DNA of 24,000 nt. Source: Tepidanaerobacter sp. GT38. Its GTDB lineage: Bacteria; Bacillota; Thermosediminibacteria; Thermosediminibacterales; Tepidanaerobacteraceae. Below, one piece after another: positions 7,511 to 15,095 of this stretch; position 1 is the stretch's first letter, and every line of letters starts with the position of its first letter. The position numbers were made by a program, and so were the translations under genes. The notes below the pieces were generated by a model, which was not told where the DNA came from, made no database searches, and was given only the letters and a program-made list of their open reading frames with translations. Location: positions 52,324-76,323 of the forward strand of contig NZ_JAFFJA010000050.1 of assembly GCF_021991635.1 (NCBI RefSeq), read 5' to 3'.

Positions 7511-8167
7511 CTATTCAAAATACCTTTCCAATTTTTCTATATCCTCTTTATGGCCAACCACCACAAGTATATCATCTTTAAAAATCACATCATCTGCATG
7601 AGGCGAAATTATTACATCATTATTATTGCGCTTTATAGCCATAACGTTTAATCCGTATTTTTTTCTCATATCGAGCTGTCTAAGGCTTTTATCAAACCAT
7701 GCCGGTACAGCGGCGATTTCTACAATGGAATATTCCGGCGAAAGCTCTATGTAATCTAGAATATTAGAATAAATCAAATTGTGAGCAACTCGGACGCCCA
7801 TATCCCTTTCTGGAAATACCACTCTATCAGCACCGATTTTGTACAACACCTTTCCATGTAATTGACTTTGGGCTTTTGCTACTACATATTTTATACCCAT
7901 TTCCTTTAACATAATCGTAATCAGAATACTTGATTGAATATCATCTCCTATACTAACTATTGCAACATCAAAATTTTTAACACCTAATGCCTTTAAAATA
8001 TTTTCATCTGTCGCATCTGCTTGAACTGCATGGGTTATGCTGTCAGCCATGTTCTGTATAATATCTTCATCTCGGTCAATTCCCATAACATCATAACCGA
8101 GGTTGTACAACGTTTTAGCTAAACTTGAACCAAAACGGCCTAAACCAACAACCAAATATTGCCTCAT
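7511..8167 (-). CDS. ktrA: Potassium uptake system NAD-binding peripheral subunit (KtrA/TrkA, RCK domains)
   Basis: The 218 aa protein has an N-terminal Rossmann motif VVGLGRFGSSLAKTL and TrkA-N plus TrkA-C organisation. It lies directly downstream of the KtrB/TrkH membrane subunit. SD GGAGGA lies 7 nt upstream. Confidence 0.85.
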   Translation of the reverse strand: MRQYLVVGLGRFGSSLAKTLYNLGYDVMGIDRDEDIIQNMADSITHAVQADATDENILKALGVKNFDVAIVSIGDDIQSSILITIMLKEMGIKYVVAKAQSQLHGKVLYKIGADRVVFPERDMGVRVAHNLIYSNILDYIELSPEYSIVEIAAVPAWFDKSLRQLDMRKKYGLNVMAIKRNNNDVIISPHADDVIFKDDILVVVGHKEDIEKLERYFE

Positions 8168-8182
8168 GCATCAATCCTCCAT

Positions 8183-9550
8183 TTAACCTACTAGGATTCG
8201 CTCTTCAGGAAACTTTATTAATGATTTATTTGTTTGATTGCCTAAAGCCGTAGCAAGAGTGAGCGGTCCCAATCGGCCTGTGAACATAGTCAATATTATT
8301 ACGATTTTACCAAAATCCGTAAGCCCCGGCGTAATACCTAAACTCAAACCAACAGTTGAAAAAGCTGCCGTGGTCTCAAATACAATCGAAAAAAAGTCTG
8401 CCTCTTCCGTAATTGTCAATATAAATGAGCTGATAAACACCAGCAGTACAGATACAATCGCTATAACTATAGCTTTAAATACATTATCCATCGGTATGCG
8501 CCTTTTAAATATTTCAACATGTTCTTTTGATGCAATTACAGTATATATCATCAAAATGATAAGCGCAAAGGTTGAGGTTTTTATGCCGCCTCCCGTTGAT
8601 GCAGGTGACGATCCTATAAACATTAAAATTATAGATAAATATTTTGCCGGCGTTGTCAAATCTTCAAGGTTTAAAGTATTAAAGCCGGAAGTTCTCGTAG
8701 ATACTGAATGAAATGCTGCTGCCAGAACCTTTCCAGTAGGTGTAAGAGCCCCCAATGTTTTTGGATTGTTCTGTTCCAATACATAAAACATCATACAACC
8801 CAAAAACATCAAAATTAATGTCATCGTAATGACAACCTTTGAATGCAACGATAAACGCCTAAAATCTCGCGTGGTCAATATGTCATAAATCACAGTGAAT
8901 CCAAGACCACCACACTCGTTAAGTACGATTGTTACAATATTTATTATTGGGTCTTCAATAAATGGTGCAAGGCTCCTAAACCCACCTACAACATCAAAAC
9001 CTGAATTGTTAAACGCAGAAACTGCGTGAAACAGGCCATAATATAAACTTTGGCCAACATCATAATATTTGACAAATCGAAAAACAAGCAGCACTGCGCC
9101 AAACCCCTCGAAGACAAGGGTTATAAGCAAAATGCGCCTAGTTAGTCTCACTAGGCCTGATAGCGTAAATTGATTTAGAGCTTCCTGTATTACCAGCCTT
9201 TCTCGCAAAGTTATCTTTTTTCCTAATAAAAGGAATAACAAAGTAGCCATGGTCATTATACCAAGGCCGCCTATTTGAATTAAAACCAGTATAACAATCT
9301 GACCAAAAAGAGAAAAGTGTGTATAAGTATCAACAACAGTAAGGCCGGTAACACATACAGCCGATGTGGCTGTGAAGAGAGCATTTAGAAAGCCAATACT
9401 TTCTCCACTTTTCGAAGCCTCCGGCAGGCTTAAAAGGATTGCTCCCACCAGTATTAATAAGCAAACACCAAAAGCTAGTGTCCGAGTAGGCTTTATCTTT
9501 TTAAGTCCTGCATCTAATAGCTTAATCCCTATCGCCTCCGAAATATCCAA
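8183..9550 (-). CDS. ktrB: Potassium transporter membrane subunit (KtrB/TrkH family)
   Basis: The protein is polytopic, with repeated selectivity-filter-like motifs (TATSAVCVTGL, QIGGLGIM, SAFNNSGF, ECGGLGFTV, SPASTGGGIKT, FSTVGLSLG). The start is uncertain. The track start TTG 9595 overlaps rplT and lies upstream of a terminator-like hairpin. In-frame alternatives are TTG 9550 (no SD) and ATT 9526, which is preceded by GGAGG at 8 nt. Confidence 0.85.
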   Translation of the reverse strand: MDISEAIGIKLLDAGLKKIKPTRTLAFGVCLLILVGAILLSLPEASKSGESIGFLNALFTATSAVCVTGLTVVDTYTHFSLFGQIVILVLIQIGGLGIMTMATLLFLLLGKKITLRERLVIQEALNQFTLSGLVRLTRRILLITLVFEGFGAVLLVFRFVKYYDVGQSLYYGLFHAVSAFNNSGFDVVGGFRSLAPFIEDPIINIVTIVLNECGGLGFTVIYDILTTRDFRRLSLHSKVVITMTLILMFLGCMMFYVLEQNNPKTLGALTPTGKVLAAAFHSVSTRTSGFNTLNLEDLTTPAKYLSIILMFIGSSPASTGGGIKTSTFALIILMIYTVIASKEHVEIFKRRIPMDNVFKAIVIAIVSVLLVFISSFILTITEEADFFSIVFETTAAFSTVGLSLGITPGLTDFGKIVIILTMFTGRLGPLTLATALGNQTNKSLIKFPEERILVG

Positions 9551-9575
9551 AAAAAGCGACCTGAGCCGCTTTTTA
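9549..9575 (-). terminator. Candidate weak rho-independent terminator/attenuator at the end of rplT
   Basis: The minus strand reads AAAAGCGGC-TCAG-GTCGCTTTT followed by further T's (7 T in total). It starts inside the rplT stop codon region. Confidence 0.4.
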
Positions 9576-9929
9576 CTGGACGTTTGCCTTGGCAATATCT
9601 ACCAACTGAGAAAACCCGCTAGCATCATTTATTGCCATTTCAGACAACATTTTGCGATTAATTTGTATTCCGGCTTTTTTAAGGCCGCAGATAAACTTGC
9701 TGTAAGAAATTCCATTGGATCTGGCTGCGGCATTGATTCTGGCAATCCACAGCTTCCTAAAATCTCTCTTTTTAAGTTTTCTACCTCTGTAAGCATGAGA
9801 TAAAGCCTTTAAGACCGCCTGGTTAGCAGGTCTAAATAATTTGCTCATTGAGCCTCTATAACCTTTTGCAAGCTTAAGAATCTTTTTATGTCGCTTACGT
9901 GCAGTAACTCCTCTTTTAACTCGTGCCAT
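9573..9929 (-). CDS. rplT: 50S ribosomal protein L20
   Basis: The N-terminus [26 protein letters not shown] is diagnostic. Synteny infC-rpmI-rplT. SD AAAGGAGGA. Confidence 0.97.
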   Translation of the reverse strand: MARVKRGVTARKRHKKILKLAKGYRGSMSKLFRPANQAVLKALSHAYRGRKLKKRDFRKLWIARINAAARSNGISYSKFICGLKKAGIQINRKMLSEMAINDASGFSQLVDIAKANVQ

Positions 9930-9948
9930 ATAATTATCCTCCTTTGAC

Positions 9949-10146
9949 TTACATATAAGGTATTACCTGTTTTATTCTCTTTAAATCGGCTTTACTAAGC
10001 ATAGCCGGTTTTCTTAAGTATCTTTTTCTCTTAGCAGTTTTCTTGGTTAATATATGGCTTTTGAAGGCCTTAGCCCTTTTAATCTTACCTGTTTTTGTAA
10101 CTCTAAATCTTTTAGCAGCTCCTCTGTGTGTTTTTACTTTTGGCAT
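9949..10146 (-). CDS. rpmI: 50S ribosomal protein L35
   Basis: [24 protein letters not shown] is diagnostic. 65 aa, with conserved synteny. Confidence 0.97.
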   Translation of the reverse strand: MPKVKTHRGAAKRFRVTKTGKIKRAKAFKSHILTKKTAKRKRYLRKPAMLSKADLKRIKQVIPYM

Positions 10147-10153
10147 AAATATG

Positions 10154-10684
10154 TCACTCCTTAGTTTTAGTTTGTTTTGGTGAAAGAATCATGACCATAT
10201 TTCTACCTTCAATTACAGGTGGCTTTTCAACTACTCCCAGCTCTTTTGTCTGTTCTATCATCTTGTTTAAAACATCTTCACCCAATTTGGTGTGTGTCAT
10301 TTGCCTACCCCGAAATTTAATGCTCACCTTAACCTTGTTTCCATCTTGTAAAAACTTTATAGCACTTTTTAATCTGACTTGGAAATCGTGGTCATCAATG
10401 GTAGGGTTCATCCTGATTTCTTTTACATTGATTACTTTTTGATTTTTGCGTGCTTCTTTTTCACGTTTGCTCTGTTCATATTTATATTTCCCATAATCCA
10501 TAATTTTACATACGGGCGGCTTGGCATCAGATGCAACCTTTACAAGGTCCAGTTGAGCTTCCTGTGCGTGGCGCAGCGCATCTTTTAACGGCATGATACC
10601 CAATTGCTTTCCATCAGGGCCTATCACTCTAACTTCGCGAGCCTTAATTTCGTGGTTCACCTGTATATCCTTATCTTTGCTAAT
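10154..10684 (-). CDS. infC: Translation initiation factor IF-3, probable AUU start codon
   Basis: [38 protein letters not shown] and the C-terminal domain are typical of IF-3. The track start TTG 10699 overlaps the SD itself (GGAGG at 10697-10693). In-frame ATT at 10684-10682 follows that SD by 8 nt. Confidence 0.9.
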   Translation of the reverse strand: MSKDKDIQVNHEIKAREVRVIGPDGKQLGIMPLKDALRHAQEAQLDLVKVASDAKPPVCKIMDYGKYKYEQSKREKEARKNQKVINVKEIRMNPTIDDHDFQVRLKSAIKFLQDGNKVKVSIKFRGRQMTHTKLGEDVLNKMIEQTKELGVVEKPPVIEGRNMVMILSPKQTKTKE

Positions 10685-10699
10685 ACTGTTCACCTCCAA

Positions 10700-10845
10700 G
10701 ACATAATAAAACCAATTAATAAAAAAGGGACGAGAAGAATCACTCGTCCCGTCCTTACCGTTGACAGATTAATAACCTTATAAGCCTTAGCCATAAGGTG
10801 AGAAGTGAATCTTCTGCTTAGAATTGTTATTTAATTACACCAGTT
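10700..10845 (-). promoter_or_regulatory. infC-rpmI-rplT leader with intrinsic terminator (L20-leader-type attenuator candidate; also serves as the thrS terminator)
   Basis: On the minus strand the hairpin GGGACGAG-TGATTCTT-CTCGTCCC (10750-10727) is followed by TTTTTTATT, about 35 nt before the infC SD. Upstream helices (ACCTTAT...ATAAGGT and AGAAG...CTTCT) give a structured leader of about 150 nt. Assignment to the L20-leader family rests on position and analogy, not on a covariance-model match. Confidence 0.55.
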
Positions 10846-10875
10846 AATATATCACATATTAACCTTTACTGTCAA
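10846..10875 (-). promoter_or_regulatory. Sigma-A promoter of the infC operon; its -35 box overlaps the thrS stop codon
   Basis: On the minus strand TTGACA (10875-10870) is followed by 18 nt and then TGaTATATT, an extended -10 (10851-10846). The thrS stop TGA (10874-10872) lies inside the TTGACA. Confidence 0.55.
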
Positions 10876-12782
10876 TTAAATTTTGAAGTTAATGATTTTA
10901 CTTCATCAATAAAGGATTCAATAGATTTTTGCCCAATATCGCCTTTTTCCCTCACCCGCACAGAAACAGTATTTTCTTCTGCTTCTTTATCGCCCACAAT
11001 TAACATATATGGAACTTTTTGCATCTGTGCTTCTCGTATTTTGTAGCCTATCTTTTCGTTTCTTTCGTCAAGCTCTACTCTGATACCAGCTTCCTCCAAG
11101 CGGTGTTTTACTTTGCGGGCATAATCCATGTGTTTTTCACTAATAGGCAGTATTCTGGCCTGAACAGGAGCCAGCCAAACCGGAAAAGCACCGGCAAAAT
11201 GTTCTATCAATATCCCGATGAACCGTTCTATACTGCCGAAGATAACGCGGTGAATCATAACTGGGCGATGTTTTTCTCCATCAGGACCAATATACGTTAA
11301 GTCAAAGCGCTCTGGCATCTGGAAGTCCAACTGTATGGTGCCGCACTGCCAGGTCCTTCCTATACTATCCTTTAAGTGAAAATCTATTTTAGGACCGTAA
11401 AAAGCGCCATCGCCTTCATTTATTTTATATGGCATACCTTTTTTTTCTAGGGCTTTTTGCAAGGCATTTGTTGCCTGCTCCCATAGCTCGTCAGAGCCCA
11501 TGGAGTCTTCAGGTCTTGTGGAAAGCTCTACATGATATTCAAAGCCAAATATTTTGTAGACATAATCAATTAAATCTATTACACCTATTATCTCTTCCTC
11601 TATTTGAGAAGGCATCATAAATATGTGTGCATCATCCTGGGTAAAACAGCGTACTCTCATGAGCCCATGCAATACCCCTGACTTTTCGTGCCTATGGACA
11701 AGCCCAAGTTCCCCCAATCTTATGGGTAAATCCCTGTAACTGTGTGAAGCAGTTTTATACATGAGTATGCCGCCAGGGCAGTTCATGGGCTTTACTGCAT
11801 AATCCAATTCATCTATTTTAGTAAAGTACATATTCTCCTTGTAGTGGTCCCAGTGGCCTGATCTGCGCCAGAGCTGTTCATTTAATATGATGGGTGTTTT
11901 TATCTCCTGATAACCCCGTTTTTGATGCTCACGGCGCCAAAAATCAGTCAATATATTCCATATCACCATGCCCTTTGGATGGAAAAACGGAAAACCTGGC
12001 CCTTCCTCGTGAATGCTGAAAAGATCGAGTTCTTTGCCCAGTTTGCGATGATCGCGCTTTTTAGCTTCTTCAATTCTGACAAGGTATTCTTCCAGCATGG
12101 ATTTTTTGGGAAAAGATATGCCGTAAATCCTTTGAAGCATCTTATTGCGTTCATCGCCTCTCCAGTAAGCGCCAGCAAGGCTTGTCAGCTTAAAGGCTTT
12201 TATTTTGCCCGTAGAGGGAATATGAGGACCTGCACAAAGGTCTGTAAACTCTCCCTGTTTATAAAAACTTATGTTCGCCTCTTCTGGAAGTTCCTCAACT
12301 AATTCTACTTTATAAGGCTCATTTTGGTTTTTCAAATGATTTAAAGCTTCTTGCCTTGAAATATCTTCCCGATAAAAAGCATAGTCTTCTGCAACTATTT
12401 TCGCCATTTCCTGTTCTATTTTCTCAAGATCAGATGGAGAAAAGCTTTCCTCCCTGTCAAAATCATAATAGAAGCCTTCGTCAATAGCAGGGCCAATAGC
12501 GAGCTTTACTTCCGGAAATAGTCGCTTTACCGCCTGAGCCATTACATGAGATGTGCTGTGCCAAAATACTTTGCGGCCTTCTTCATCGTCAAAAGTCAGT
12601 ATTTCAACCTGGCAATCGTCTTGGACTTTGTAGCTTAAATCTTTTACGACTCCGTCCACTTTGGCAGCCAGGGCCTCTTTTCCCAGCTTCTTGCTTATAT
12701 CTTCGGCAATTTCAAACAATGAAATACCCTTCGGATATGTTTTTTTAATTCCATCTTTTAATGTTACCTGTACTTCGTTCAT
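10872..12782 (-). CDS. thrS: Threonine--tRNA ligase
   Basis: The 636 aa protein has a TGS domain at the N-terminus, the editing-domain motif WHSTSHVMAQA, class II core motifs (FRREHQKRGYQEIKTP, GLMRVRCFTQDDAHIF, QCGTIQLDF) and an anticodon-binding C-terminus. A Thr T-box leader lies upstream. Confidence 0.97.
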   Translation of the reverse strand: MNEVQVTLKDGIKKTYPKGISLFEIAEDISKKLGKEALAAKVDGVVKDLSYKVQDDCQVEILTFDDEEGRKVFWHSTSHVMAQAVKRLFPEVKLAIGPAIDEGFYYDFDREESFSPSDLEKIEQEMAKIVAEDYAFYREDISRQEALNHLKNQNEPYKVELVEELPEEANISFYKQGEFTDLCAGPHIPSTGKIKAFKLTSLAGAYWRGDERNKMLQRIYGISFPKKSMLEEYLVRIEEAKKRDHRKLGKELDLFSIHEEGPGFPFFHPKGMVIWNILTDFWRREHQKRGYQEIKTPIILNEQLWRRSGHWDHYKENMYFTKIDELDYAVKPMNCPGGILMYKTASHSYRDLPIRLGELGLVHRHEKSGVLHGLMRVRCFTQDDAHIFMMPSQIEEEIIGVIDLIDYVYKIFGFEYHVELSTRPEDSMGSDELWEQATNALQKALEKKGMPYKINEGDGAFYGPKIDFHLKDSIGRTWQCGTIQLDFQMPERFDLTYIGPDGEKHRPVMIHRVIFGSIERFIGILIEHFAGAFPVWLAPVQARILPISEKHMDYARKVKHRLEEAGIRVELDERNEKIGYKIREAQMQKVPYMLIVGDKEAEENTVSVRVREKGDIGQKSIESFIDEVKSLTSKFN

Positions 12783-13030
12783 AATACCCCTTCCTTTACC
12801 TTTATGTTACATTATGTTATTCAAAAAGCCTCTCATCCCTAAGGGACGAGAGGCTTTCCCGTGGTTCCACCCTAATTTGAACTCATTAGCTTTTAAGGCT
12901 TGCAGCCGTAAAACTCCGAGGTGGTCTTCGGCTTAGTTTTCCCAGGGCTTTTCCAGCTACCGGCCCCTCTCTGAGGGAAAAATCATAAGCTTACTCTTCT
13001 CATCATAGTTTTTTGTAACTATAGAATTTT
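12783..13030 (-). promoter_or_regulatory. T-box riboswitch leader (threonine specifier ACU) with terminator/antiterminator
   Basis: The minus strand has a GA/K-turn motif GATGAGAAGAGTA, an AG-box CAGAGAG, and a distal loop GGTAGCTGGAAA. The specifier loop GGGAAAACTAAGC carries ACT (plus 12935-12937) followed by A. The T-box sequence AAATTAGGGTGGAACCACGG lies at about 12860-12879. It is followed by a 12-bp terminator GCCTCTCGTCCC-TTAG-GGATGAGAGGC (12828-12854) plus TTTTT. Confidence 0.85.
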
Positions 13031-13034
13031 ATTT

Positions 13035-13063
13035 ATTATAAATCTTATGGTTACATATGTCAA
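13035..13063 (-). promoter_or_regulatory. Consensus sigma-A promoter of thrS
   Basis: On the minus strand TTGACA (13063-13058), 17 nt, then TATAAT (13040-13035). It begins 10 nt downstream of the MFS gene stop. Confidence 0.7.
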
Positions 13064-13073
13064 GAGTTCGCGG

Positions 13074-14288
13074 CTACTGTCCTACAGCTTTATTGCTGCG
13101 CTGATATATTATACCTACTAATGCCAAAAGGGCCCCTGATAAAATCAAAATTGTTTCTACCGATATCACATCTGCCAATGGGCCAAAAATCAAAATGGCC
13201 ACCGGCATAGAACTGGCTGTGATAATTTGAACAATAGAAAAGACCCGGCCTAACACTGATGGATCAGTAATTTCCTGAATAAATACTGTTTCCGCTGTGG
13301 AGATAATAGGCACAAAGAAACCAGAACATGCCATAATAATCAAATATAAGATAAAGTTTCCCGTTATGCCGAGCAGGACGAAGCTTATTCCAAAAGCCAC
13401 AAGGCAGATAGCAATGGTTTTAATCTTATCCTTGAAATCTCCATGTAATGAAACAAATACGCCACCAATTAGTGTACCGATTGTCCAGACTATCTCAATA
13501 GCAGAGAGTCTCCATACATCACCGCCGAAACTTCTTTCTACTTGAAGGGGTGTCAGTACAGCTGCAGGAGTAATTAAAAAGAAGGAGAATGCATAACAGA
13601 TAATAATTCCTCTAAGCAATGGATGCTGGAATGCATAATAAATACCCTGTTTTAAATCAGTGAATATAGATTCATGTGCATCCATACGTTCAACTTTTTC
13701 CACCTTTATAAATCCAATTATCAGAACAGCAAATGCCGCAGTAACCACATCCACCATAAAGGCCCACGCAATGTCCATAGTAGCAAGGAGTGCACCTCCT
13801 GCAGCAGGTGCAAGCAGCATTAATAAAGAATTCAGCGTTTGATTGACTCCCTGGACCTTTGTTAGGTTTTCCTTAGGTACAAGCTGAGGATAAATAGCAT
13901 TTACAGCAGGCGTTTGAATTCCAGCTCCAATTGAACGCACTGCTGATACCGCAAGCAATAACTCCATGCGTCTAAAGCCCGCCCAAAAAGCAATGGCGAG
14001 GCCCAGTGTTGCCAAAGCAATAAAACTATCTGATAACATAATCAGGTATTTTCGATTATATCTATCTGCCCAAACACCGCCCCATAGTGAAACCACTACC
14101 TGCGGAACCATTGAGCAAATAGTAGACATCATTAACCATACTCCCGAAGAAGTTTCTAGTGTAATATACCACATAATAGCAAAGGCAACAACTGATGAGC
14201 CAAATAACGATATGTTTTGACTTAAGAGAAATAAAATAATCCTTTTGTCAAAAAGCGGCTGACCTTTTTTTACAGCTTTATTCCTCAT
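13074..14288 (-). CDS. MFS transporter (DHA3 / macrolide-efflux- or EntS-like family)
   Basis: About 12 predicted TM helices. The N-terminal region FLLSQNISLFGSSVVAFAIMWYI...SLWGGVWADRYNRK is typical of the MFS_3/Mef-like family. The track start 14306 is possible, but AAAGGGA precedes the second ATG (14288, MRNKAVKK) at SD distance, so 14288 is preferred. Confidence 0.8.
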   Translation of the reverse strand: MRNKAVKKGQPLFDKRIILFLLSQNISLFGSSVVAFAIMWYITLETSSGVWLMMSTICSMVPQVVVSLWGGVWADRYNRKYLIMLSDSFIALATLGLAIAFWAGFRRMELLLAVSAVRSIGAGIQTPAVNAIYPQLVPKENLTKVQGVNQTLNSLLMLLAPAAGGALLATMDIAWAFMVDVVTAAFAVLIIGFIKVEKVERMDAHESIFTDLKQGIYYAFQHPLLRGIIICYAFSFFLITPAAVLTPLQVERSFGGDVWRLSAIEIVWTIGTLIGGVFVSLHGDFKDKIKTIAICLVAFGISFVLLGITGNFILYLIIMACSGFFVPIISTAETVFIQEITDPSVLGRVFSIVQIITASSMPVAILIFGPLADVISVETILILSGALLALVGIIYQRSNKAVGQ

Positions 14289-14331
14289 AAAAGATTTCCC
14301 TTTCATTTATTTTGAAAGGATAATAGCAACC

Positions 14332-14364
14332 AAAAAACGACAGAGGACATAAATCCACTGTCGT
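14332..14364 (-). terminator. Rho-independent terminator after the ferritin-like gene
   Basis: On the minus strand ACGACAG-TGGATTTATGTCCT-CTGTCGT (14364-14337) is followed by TTTTTT. Confidence 0.55.
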
Positions 14365-14365
14365 A

Positions 14366-14394
14366 ATTATAACACTACATAATAATTGTTTAAA
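14366..14394 (-). promoter_or_regulatory. Candidate extended -10 promoter for the MFS gene, abutting the terminator hairpin
   Basis: On the minus strand TTTAAA (14394-14389), 17 nt, then TGtTATAAT (-10 at 14371-14366). The 5' arm of the terminator starts 1 nt (14365) after the -10 box. Confidence 0.4.
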
Positions 14395-14436
14395 TGATAC
14401 CATAAAAGGGTCTAAATTTCAATAAAAATAGCCAAA

Positions 14437-14904
14437 TCATCCGCGTAAATTTACTGAACAAACGCACTTTTGTTCTGCCAAGGTCTTTAACTTGCGGATA
14501 GCCATTCTGTCTTTATGAAGTATCTCTCCTACAACATCTCTGGATTTATCATCCAGGTTGCCCCTCAGGATTTTTTCAGCCATATTGACGCCTCTGGTTT
14601 CTCCTTCGATGGCCTTTTTTAATATCTCAGCATCATCGCTCCTAAATCCCAAGTCTAAATTAACCTTTAAATCACCCATTTTACCCTTAAAACCAAGGTT
14701 TTCGTCAGGCTGCCCTCCTAAATTCTGGATATAAGTAGCAAGTTTTTCTATATTACTCCGGTGCTGTTGTTGAATCCTTTGAAATTCGGTTTTTATTTTC
14801 TCATCTTCTACCCTAGATATGAAATTATTAAAGCTTTCCACTGCCATGTATTCTCCCTGCAAAAGCTCATTTAGTACTTTTATTATTTTAATTGTATCTT
14901 TCAT
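14437..14904 (-). CDS. Small ferritin-like / four-helix-bundle protein of unknown function (DUF2383/PA2169-like by resemblance)
   Basis: 155 aa and predicted all-helical. The N-terminal LNELLQGEYMAVESFNNFI and later AIEGETRGVNMAEKIL resemble paired ferritin-like helices. Strong SD AAGGAGTGA. The family assignment is from memory of motif style only. Confidence 0.45.
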   Translation of the reverse strand: MKDTIKIIKVLNELLQGEYMAVESFNNFISRVEDEKIKTEFQRIQQQHRSNIEKLATYIQNLGGQPDENLGFKGKMGDLKVNLDLGFRSDDAEILKKAIEGETRGVNMAEKILRGNLDDKSRDVVGEILHKDRMAIRKLKTLAEQKCVCSVNLRG

Positions 14905-15015
14905 CCCATCACTCCTTATAAAAATGCGCTGTCTTTATCTTGCCACTAAGTTGCAAATTAATACTTGTTTATAAATCGTTCTTTAGCTTCCTTATATGAA
15001 TTAAGCTTTTTTTAC

Positions 15016-15042
15016 TTTGAATTCTAAAAGCATATGTTATAA
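15016..15042 (+). promoter_or_regulatory. Candidate extended -10 promoter of the nhaC-like/metH operon
   Basis: TGtTATAAT has TG at 15034-15035 and the -10 at 15037-15042. A weak -35-like TTGAAT (15016-15021) sits at a short 15 nt spacing. Confidence 0.45.
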
Positions 15043-15095
15043 TATCCTATATTATAGTATTTTTTTAATATTACGGAATTCCTTAGGTGAAAGCG

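Noticed and set aside
9500-9600. A c-di-AMP (ydaO/kimA-type) riboswitch upstream of ktrB.
   Set aside because: Only about 25-50 nt separate rplT from any plausible ktrB start, which is far too short for that element, and no conserved motif is visible.
14905-15095. A possible SAM (S-box) riboswitch or Met T-box upstream of the nhaC-like/metH operon.
   Set aside because: I read both the region and its context. None of the conserved S-box core sequences or T-box (GGGTGGNACCGCG-like) sequences are present, and the leader after the likely promoter is only about 40-60 nt.
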